Below, one piece after another: positions 1-5,384 of a stretch of DNA of 7,541 nucleotides. The DNA comes from Campylobacterota bacterium (GTDB lineage Bacteria > Campylobacterota > Campylobacteria > Campylobacterales > Sulfurimonadaceae), in assembly GCA_034717975.1 (NCBI GenBank), contig JAYEMF010000148.1, positions 1 through 7,541 of the forward strand. The letters run 5' to 3'. The translations under genes were made by a program, and so were the position numbers. Position 1 is the first letter of the stretch, and every line of letters starts with the position of its first letter. The notes below the pieces were generated by a model, which worked only from the letters and a program-made list of their open reading frames with translations, searched no databases and had not been told where the DNA came from.

Positions 1-41
1 GCGTTCCAGGCGTGCGCCTTCGACCACTCGGCCACCTCTCT
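1..41 (-). tRNA. tRNA-Ser(GGA), 5' half only; truncated by the window start
   Basis: The reverse complement reads AGAGAGG-TG-GCCGAGTGGTCGAAGGC-G-CACGC-CTGGAAC-GC. This gives a 7-nt acceptor strand, U8, a D-arm with AGTGG, anticodon stem CACGC (14-10) and anticodon GGA at 7-5, matching the typical bacterial tRNA-Ser(GGA) pattern. Confidence 0.93.
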
Positions 42-47
42 ATCTTA

Positions 48-141
48 TTTGAACGCAACTGGAACAAGTCCCATTTACTACGCTCTGGACGCTATGTCCA
101 CTGAAGCACAAAATTTCTTTCGGAAATTTCGTTGGTTGAAA
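48..141 (-). ncRNA. Putative structured RNA element (closing stem plus three hairpins) in the tRNA-Ser leader
   Basis: On the minus strand an imperfect closing stem TTTCAACCAAC (141-131)/GTTGCGTTCAAA (59-48) encloses hairpins at 130-110, 108-81 and 73-60. Four G-U pairs form on this strand only. Function unknown. Confidence 0.4.
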
Positions 142-148
142 GGCTGGA

Positions 149-181
149 ATTATAGTTTACAATGCGTTAGTCGGTGCTTAA
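149..181 (-). promoter_or_regulatory. Housekeeping sigma (RpoD) promoter for tRNA-Ser
   Basis: Minus strand TTAAGC (181-176), 21-nt spacer, perfect TATAAT (154-149). This matches the -35/-10 arrangement described for Helicobacter/Campylobacter RpoD promoters and predicts a start site near 142. Confidence 0.7.
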
Positions 182-193
182 TCAAGTGATCGG

Positions 194-640
194 TTACGTC
201 TGACATGCTTTCATGATCGTTTTCCAATCCTCATCATAATGCTTTTTCACATAGCTGACATGATGCGGCACACTGCATTTGGAGCAGTCCTGATGAATGG
301 CATCGCCATACACTCCCTGTCGTCCATCTTTTGATTCGATGGCACAGTAGCTATAGACTCTTTTATCTTCTCTCTTCTCAAACCCTTCATCGCTGAAACG
401 GAAGTTCGGACAGGCGCAGAGATAGCAGTTGAGGCTCGTCATATCATGGCACTTCTTACCCATTTCGCTCTGCTCATTCAACTCCTTGTAGAGCGGACAG
501 AAATCGGGCTCTTTCTTGACCATATTCTCAAAGTCGAAATAGGCAATGATCTCATCCCTGGCAAGCCCTTTTGAGAGCAGTTTTTGCATCAGCTTCTTGT
601 GTTTCACGGCGTGCTCTTCAAACCATTGGGTATAGCTCAT
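194..640 (-). CDS. Cysteine-rich putative metal-binding protein (resembles the 'cysteine-rich small domain'/zf-like family), 148 aa
   Basis: Nine Cys arranged as FC-x15-CH-x6-CxxCxCP...C...DCxxCxxPHH. The ATG lies 1 nt after the btuC stop, with an AAGGA RBS inside the end of btuC. Confidence 0.8.
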   Translation of the reverse strand: MSYTQWFEEHAVKHKKLMQKLLSKGLARDEIIAYFDFENMVKKEPDFCPLYKELNEQSEMGKKCHDMTSLNCYLCACPNFRFSDEGFEKREDKRVYSYCAIESKDGRQGVYGDAIHQDCSKCSVPHHVSYVKKHYDEDWKTIMKACQT

Positions 641-641
641 C

Positions 642-1601
642 CTACTTTCCTTTTATAATGAGATAGATAAAGAACGGGCCGCCGATAAAGGCGGTGACAA
701 TCCCGATGGGGATCTCGCTCTGCAGCTGCGGCAGACGTGAAAGGGTGTCGCAGGCACTCAAAAAGAGCCCTCCAAAGAGGGCGGTGGGGATGATGAGATG
801 GTGGTTGGCCCTGCGGTAGAGCTTTCGGACCATGTGGGGGATGATGAGCCCCACAAAACCGATAGGTCCCGTTACGGAGATCAGCATACCGATGCCTAAA
901 GAGCTTGCCAGAAGCAGAAGATGCGTCAGGCGCCGGGTATCAATGCCTTTAAGTTTGGCATGCTCTTCATTGACACCAAGCAAAGAGAGCTCAAACCTTT
1001 TGGTGTAGATAATGGCCAAAAGCGCACTGCTCACAAAGGCAACCGCTACAGCCTGGGTGTACCCCATGGTCGAGAGAGAGCCCATGGTGTAGTGCAATAT
1101 GGCGTGTGACTGCATGGCCGAGGCGAGGGAAAAAAGTACCATCAAGGCGGCAGAAAAGAAAAAGGAAAGCGCAATTCCCAGAAGCAGCAGCGAGCTGCTT
1201 CCTCGATGGACAATGTAGCGCGAAAGCCATAACAGCAGTACCACAGAGAGAAGAGCCCCTCCAAAACCAAAGAGTGCGGTGATGGCCAACCCTGCGACGA
1301 TGGTGTTTAGACCTAGGACTACCGCAATACCCGTCCCCAATACTGCTCCCCCCGAAATACCAAGTGTGTAGGGAGTCATCAGGGCGTTGCGAAAGAGCGT
1401 CTGAAAGAGCCAGCCGCTCAGGGCCAAAAGCACCCCGCTGAAAAAAGCAAGCAGCAGACGGGGAAGACGAAGCTCAAAGAAGATCTGATGATCGAGTGTG
1501 CCATGGACAAATATCTGGCCAAGATCAATGTTCATCGCCCCCAAAAAGGGTGAGAAAAGGCTCAATGAGATCAGCATCAAAAGGGTGAGTGCTTTACTCA
1601 T
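642..1601 (-). CDS. btuC: FecCD/BtuC-family ABC transporter permease (corrinoid uptake by context), ~319 aa
   Basis: Motifs ELRLPRLLLA, QTLFRNALMTPYTLGISGGA, GPIGFVGLIIPH and EIPIGIVTAFIGGPFFIYL, plus many hydrophobic segments. Start moved from 1712 to the ATG at 1601 (MSKALTLL), which has GGAG upstream and overlaps the btuD end by 8 nt. Confidence 0.9.
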   Translation of the reverse strand: MSKALTLLMLISLSLFSPFLGAMNIDLGQIFVHGTLDHQIFFELRLPRLLLAFFSGVLLALSGWLFQTLFRNALMTPYTLGISGGAVLGTGIAVVLGLNTIVAGLAITALFGFGGALLSVVLLLWLSRYIVHRGSSSLLLLGIALSFFFSAALMVLFSLASAMQSHAILHYTMGSLSTMGYTQAVAVAFVSSALLAIIYTKRFELSLLGVNEEHAKLKGIDTRRLTHLLLLASSLGIGMLISVTGPIGFVGLIIPHMVRKLYRRANHHLIIPTALFGGLFLSACDTLSRLPQLQSEIPIGIVTAFIGGPFFIYLIIKGK

Positions 1602-2328
1602 AGGCCACTCCGATAAAACCGTCATCGACGCTAAAGGCAACACCATAACACGCTTCCAGATTGTCCCGTTGAAAAAAAGTTGCCGGATCCTTATAGAAGA
1701 GGGCCTCATCATTTTCTAAAAAGAGAATCGGAAAAGCAAGTTTTTTAGCAAAATTGAGATCATGCGTGATCAGTATCTTCTGCGTCTCTTTGGGCAGGGT
1801 ATGAAGCGCATCATAAAAGTCTTTGGCATGTTTGGGATCGAGGTTGGCGGTGGGTTCATCAAAGATGATGATCTCGCTGCGTTGCGCAAGTGCCTGGGCG
1901 ATCAAGAGGAGCTGCTGCTGTCCCGAACTGAGCTCGCCTATGCAGTGTTCGGCCTCCAAAGAGCTCTCTTCGATCAGTCTCATGACCAGAGCAGCATCCT
2001 CTTTGGTGTAGGTGGTAAAAGGGTCTTTATAAGGGTAACGTCCCATCAAGATGAATTCATAAACCGTGATCAGGCCATCAAAACTCTCCAGCTTCGGGGG
2101 AATGTAGGTGATCGCTTTCGCCCGTGATGCAGCCGTATACTCCTGAAGTTTTTTTCTTTTGATGGTAATCTCACCCTGGGAGGGGATAAGCCCGCACAAA
2201 GCTTTGGCCAGGGTACTTTTTCCGACACCGTTTGACCCCAGGATGCAGAGGTTGCTCTCTGCGCCAAAGCTGATGTTATGCAAGACAGGTTGTTGATAGC
2301 CGCAGGTGAGATCTCGAACTTCGATCAC
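1594..2328 (-). CDS. btuD: ABC transporter ATP-binding subunit (BtuD/FepC-like), 244 aa
   Basis: Walker A GSNGVGKST, signature LSSGQQQ, Walker B IIIFDEPT and H-loop ITHD. The GTG start overlaps the btuF stop (GTGA). Confidence 0.9.
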   Translation of the reverse strand: MIEVRDLTCGYQQPVLHNISFGAESNLCILGSNGVGKSTLAKALCGLIPSQGEITIKRKKLQEYTAASRAKAITYIPPKLESFDGLITVYEFILMGRYPYKDPFTTYTKEDAALVMRLIEESSLEAEHCIGELSSGQQQLLLIAQALAQRSEIIIFDEPTANLDPKHAKDFYDALHTLPKETQKILITHDLNFAKKLAFPILFLENDEALFYKDPATFFQRDNLEACYGVAFSVDDGFIGVAYE

Positions 2329-3128
2329 TGGATCGCCTCACAGACAGTGCGAATGCTCTCTGCGATGCGCTGTGACGGGATAAGAATGTAATCGTTTCGA
2401 ATCACTTTGATCTGATTGTTTTTTGCTGCTTTGATGGGGAGGGCTTGCCAACGCTGCAGAAGCTTCTCAAGGTTGACCCTGTCGAGCGGACCCGAGAGCA
2501 GCAAGACATGATCGGGATTGGTAGCGATAATGCCTTCGACATTTAAAACAGGCTGCAGGGAGTAGTCTGAGGTGTAGGCATTGCTTGCACCGCAAGCTTG
2601 TATGATCTCTTCAAAGAATAGGTCGTGACCCGCTACATAAACGCCGCGAGAGAGGGAGCTTGCATTGGCAAAGACGATCAGAACCGATTGCGGTACCGGA
2701 AGCTTAGGTGCGCTCTTTTTGCTCATCTCTATCTCTGCGATCAGTGCTTCTCCTTTTTCTTCATGGTGAAGCAGAGCAGCAAGGGAGAGGATGCTCTTTT
2801 TTATATCTTCGATACGTTCGAGACGAACCATCTCTGTGCGAATGTGAAACGCCTGAAGCTGGGAAAGAAATTTCTGTTGATGTTCCAGGCCGATAACAAG
2901 CGTCGGTCTGTGCGAGAGTACTTTTTCGATGGAAAGCGTCGTGTAGCCACCCACTTTTGGTCTGCTGACAAGCACTTCGGGATAGAGCGTATAGTCACTG
3001 ACGGCGACAATGTTTTCCGTCTCATCCAGTGCCGCAACAATGTCTGCGACAGCAGGGTTGAGAGTGACAATACGCTCTTGCGAGAAGAGCGGCAGCGAAA
3101 AGAGTAAAAGAAAAATCAGACGGGACAA
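2325..3128 (-). CDS. btuF: Periplasmic substrate-binding protein, BtuF/helical-backbone family
   Basis: Signal peptide MSRLIFLLLFSLPLFS, then ERIVTLNPAVADIVAAL, PKVGGYTTLSIEKVLSHRPTLV, LNVEGIIATNPD and WQALPIKAAKNNQI. The TTG start at 3128 is preferred because it gives a clean signal peptide; the ATG at 3149 is the alternative. Confidence 0.85.
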   Translation of the reverse strand: MSRLIFLLLFSLPLFSQERIVTLNPAVADIVAALDETENIVAVSDYTLYPEVLVSRPKVGGYTTLSIEKVLSHRPTLVIGLEHQQKFLSQLQAFHIRTEMVRLERIEDIKKSILSLAALLHHEEKGEALIAEIEMSKKSAPKLPVPQSVLIVFANASSLSRGVYVAGHDLFFEEIIQACGASNAYTSDYSLQPVLNVEGIIATNPDHVLLLSGPLDRVNLEKLLQRWQALPIKAAKNNQIKVIRNDYILIPSQRIAESIRTVCEAIQ

Positions 3129-3688
3129 ATCACCGGTCCGTACTGCCATGTATCAGTATCTACTACCACATAATTGGCATAGCCAAACTGTATCCCGAAT
3201 GCCTCTTCGATAGGGATTTTACGCAAAATGCTCATCAAACTTCGGACTACTCCGGCATGCGTTACGATAAGGACATTCTCATATTCTTGCGCCGGCAAGA
3301 AAGCAGTAAAGAAGTGTCCAATACGATCTGTGTAAGCCTTCATATCTTCACCGTCAAGCAGAGCAAGCCACTGATCAAAACTCTCATATCCTTCGTTTTC
3401 CATCATTTTAATCTCATCGAAGGTCTTCCCTTCATGTCGGCCCCATGACTTTTCGCGCAGCTGATTGGTAAAATTTGGCGCAGCTGAAAGAGGAATCGGG
3501 CTTAGTGTTTCACGTGCACGGATCAGATCAGAGCAGTAGACTGCATCGAACCGGTTGCTCTCAAAATGTTCGGCCAGTGCCTTTGCCTGCTCATGACCGC
3601 GTTTTGAGAGGCCAATATCGATATGACCGTTATAGCAGCTCAGATAGCGTTCTTCTACTTCGGCGTGACGGACAAGGGTGATCATCAT
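3116..3688 (-). CDS. cobC: Histidine phosphatase family protein, likely alpha-ribazole/adenosylcobalamin-5'-phosphate phosphatase
   Basis: LVRHA (variant of RHG), SDLIRARET, LREKSWGRHEG and VTHAGVVR. ATGA overlap with the cobS stop. The cobC assignment rests on gene context. Confidence 0.82.
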   Translation of the reverse strand: MMITLVRHAEVEERYLSCYNGHIDIGLSKRGHEQAKALAEHFESNRFDAVYCSDLIRARETLSPIPLSAAPNFTNQLREKSWGRHEGKTFDEIKMMENEGYESFDQWLALLDGEDMKAYTDRIGHFFTAFLPAQEYENVLIVTHAGVVRSLMSILRKIPIEEAFGIQFGYANYVVVDTDTWQYGPVICPV

Positions 3689-4503
3689 GAGAGAACTCCA
3701 AAAAGTAAAATATTGAGCAGAATCAGTTCACTCAATTCGATCAAAAACCCGTAAAGATCCCCGCTAAAACCGCCAAAACGCTTCATAGCCAGAAGCTTGA
3801 CTCCCCAGAGAACGACTGCTGAAGCGATCAGAAGCAGCCACCCCTTCGGCATCAGGAGTGTAAAAATAAGGACTACTATTGTAGCCCAAAAAAGCTGCCG
3901 ATAAGTAAACTCCTCTTTGGCAAGAGAGCCCATCCCCTCCTGAGGGATATAGGGAAAAAGGTAAATTGCCAGCACAGCGTTATAGCGTGCCAGCATCAAG
4001 ACGACCGGCAGGAGGTAGATGGCATCCAAAAACCAGAGTGCCGATGCCTTAAGAAGTAGGAACAGCACGCTAAACAGCATGCCCATACCGCCCACATGCG
4101 GATCTTTCATCACCGCTCTGGCCCGCTCTTTTGGTACATAAAGTCCATCAACCGTATCGGCAAAGCCGTCCAGATGCAGAGCCCCGCTCATCACGACCCA
4201 CAATCCCAGTAAAATCATCTTTACATGCTCTGCAGGGAAATAGGGAGTCAGGAGCAGGTAGACACTATAAAGAATGCCTCCCAGAAGTGCCCCGACAAGT
4301 GGGTAAAACATCACGGCATAGCCGTTGATCCCCTTGAAGAAGTCATGGACTTTAAAAAATGGCAAAATCGTAATCATATTCATGGCAAGAGCAAAACCAT
4401 ACGCTGCGCGCGGCAAAAGGGAAGGGGAAAGAGGAAAGAGGTTGGTATCTGATGTTCTCTTGCTTTTTCCCTCCCTCTTCATGCTTTTCCCTTCCCTCTT
4501 CAC
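3685..4503 (-). CDS. cobS: Cobalamin-5'-phosphate synthase (adenosylcobinamide-GDP ribazoletransferase) with a repeat-derived N-terminal extension
   Basis: Diagnostic motifs GALHLDGFADTVDG, MKDPHVGGMG and GGFSGDLYGFLIE; polytopic membrane profile. The GTG start overlaps the cobU stop (GTGA); alternative ATG at 4482. Confidence 0.93.
   Translation of the reverse strand: MKREGKSMKREGKSKRTSDTNLFPLSPSLLPRAAYGFALAMNMITILPFFKVHDFFKGINGYAVMFYPLVGALLGGILYSVYLLLTPYFPAEHVKMILLGLWVVMSGALHLDGFADTVDGLYVPKERARAVMKDPHVGGMGMLFSVLFLLLKASALWFLDAIYLLPVVLMLARYNAVLAIYLFPYIPQEGMGSLAKEEFTYRQLFWATIVVLIFTLLMPKGWLLLIASAVVLWGVKLLAMKRFGGFSGDLYGFLIELSELILLNILLFGVLS
4415..4503. repeat. Purine/pyrimidine heptamer-based imperfect palindrome containing a 21-nt tandem duplication
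   Basis: 4483-4503 and 4462-4482 are direct copies, 18/21 identical, encoding MKREGKS twice. 4418-4438 is AGGGAAG GGGAAAG AGGAAAG. In the mRNA, 4500-4484 pairs with 4431-4415 at 16/17 positions (one G-U). Confidence 0.8.
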
Positions 4504-5018
4504 TTTATTTTAGTCGCAATACCGGCAATACAGTGATACACCTCGTCACATCCGGCAGCAAGCTGTTGTGCCACTACGCCAGAGAGGTTGACAAACTCAC
4601 GTGCCAAAGCATTGTCGGGAATCACGCCGCTTCCGACATCATTGAGGACAAAGACAAGATCATGATCAACTTCAATCAGCTTCTCTATCTGCTTGAGAAT
4701 ATCCTCCTGCGTAAAGCCGTGATGAAGCATATTGTTCATCCATACTGTCATGCACTCGATCAAAACGGGAGATTTAACCGGTTCAAGCGAAGCAGATAGG
4801 TTCAGCGGCTCCTCAATGGTCAAAAAATGCTCCGAACGATCAGCTCTATGCTGCTCTATTTTCTGCTTCATCTCTTCATCGAAGGGCTCCGAGGTTGCCA
4901 GGTAGACAGGAGGGAGTAATTTTGAATTGTGAATGTTAAATTTTAAATTATCGAGAATATAATTTTCTGCATGGTGGGATTTACCACTTTTAACCCCGCC
5001 TATAAAAAGCGTTTTCAA
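4500..5018 (-). CDS. cobU: Bifunctional adenosylcobinamide kinase / adenosylcobinamide-phosphate guanylyltransferase (CobU/CobP), 172 aa
   Basis: P-loop GGVKSGKS, YLATSEPFDEEMKQKIEQHRADR, TIEEP, LIECMTVWMNN and NDVGSGVIPDNALAREF. TTG start. Confidence 0.94.
   Translation of the reverse strand: MKTLFIGGVKSGKSHHAENYILDNLKFNIHNSKLLPPVYLATSEPFDEEMKQKIEQHRADRSEHFLTIEEPLNLSASLEPVKSPVLIECMTVWMNNMLHHGFTQEDILKQIEKLIEVDHDLVFVLNDVGSGVIPDNALAREFVNLSGVVAQQLAAGCDEVYHCIAGIATKIK
4918..4952. repeat. Degenerate AT-rich heptamer tandem repeat inside cobU
   Basis: AATTTTG AATTGTG AATGTTA AATTTTA AATTATC: five units with period 7, translated as DNLKFNIHNSKL. Confidence 0.7.
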
Positions 5019-5068
5019 TGAAAACTCTTTTGGGAAGAGGAAAGAGGAAAGAGGAAAGAATAATTCAT
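5015..5068 (-). CDS. Possible 17-aa mini-ORF MNYSFLFPLSSSQKSFH bridging cobT and cobU
   Basis: The ATG (5068-5066) directly follows the cobT TAA (5071-5069). Its TGA (5017-5015) overlaps the cobU TTG (5018-5016). No independent evidence of translation. Confidence 0.3.
   Translation of the reverse strand: MNYSFLFPLSSSQKSFH
5031..5058. repeat. Heptamer tandem repeat TGGGAAG(AGGAAAG)x3
   Basis: Three perfect AGGAAAG units at 5038-5058, preceded by a degenerate unit. The same unit occurs at 4432-4438. Confidence 0.85.
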
Positions 5069-5220
5069 TTAGATCGCTCTTCTCATCAGTGCTTCAACTT
5101 GTTCTGTGATCTGCTTCTGTGTAATGCCATGTGCGTATGCATACGCGATGGCCGCACCGGCACCGACCCCCTCTTTTGCTTCGCCTTCATCGTACTGTTT
5201 CAGTACCGGGATCGTTGCAT
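5069..5220 (-). CDS. cobT: 3' fragment of a nicotinate-mononucleotide:base phosphoribosyltransferase CobT, archaeal/cyanobacterial type; 5' part lost in the assembly gap
   Basis: IPVLKQYDEGEAKEGVGAGAAIAYA matches the C-terminal L..Y.EG..KEGVGAGG motif of the MJ1598/TIGR00303-type CobT. It sits directly upstream of cobU-cobS-cobC. Confidence 0.8.
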
Positions 5221-5320
5221 NNNNNNNNNNNNNNNNNNNNNNNNNNNNNNNNNNNNNNNNNNNNNNNNNNNNNNNNNNNNNNNNNNNNNNNNNNNNNNNN
5301 NNNNNNNNNNNNNNNNNNNN
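5221..5320. other. Assembly/scaffold gap (100 N, true length unknown)
   Basis: Exactly 100 N, the conventional placeholder for a gap of unknown size. Confidence 0.98.
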
Positions 5321-5384
5321 CTTCGCGTTGAAAGGGGTTTGATTCGGTGTCAATCTTTGCATAGTCAACTTTAACGCATTGTGG

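Noticed and set aside
81..145. Plus-strand resemblance to a hammerhead ribozyme (CTC, hairpin, CTGAAGC, hairpin, GAAA)
   Set aside because: The core is CTGAAGC rather than CTGANGA, GAAA does not directly follow stem II, and stem III has only 2 bp. The wobble pairs also favour the minus strand.
1..193. tRNA-anchored genomic island
   Set aside because: The operon lies on the 5' side of the tRNA, whereas integration normally occurs at the 3' end. No integrase or att duplication is visible.
1602..1712. 37-aa N-terminal extension of BtuC
   Set aside because: It would overlap btuD by 119 nt. ATG 1601 has a GGAG RBS and begins the first hydrophobic segment.
1594..5018. Motif variants (LSSGQ in BtuD, RHA in CobC, NDVG in CobU) as signs of inactivation
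   Set aside because: These are conservative single substitutions with the catalytic residues and reading frames intact; no evidence of pseudogenisation.
159..5382. 11-bp inverted match ACAATGCGTTA (159-169) / TAACGCATTGT (5372-5382) as possible element ends
   Set aside because: Several 11-mer matches are expected by chance in 7.5 kb, and there is no transposase or target-site duplication.
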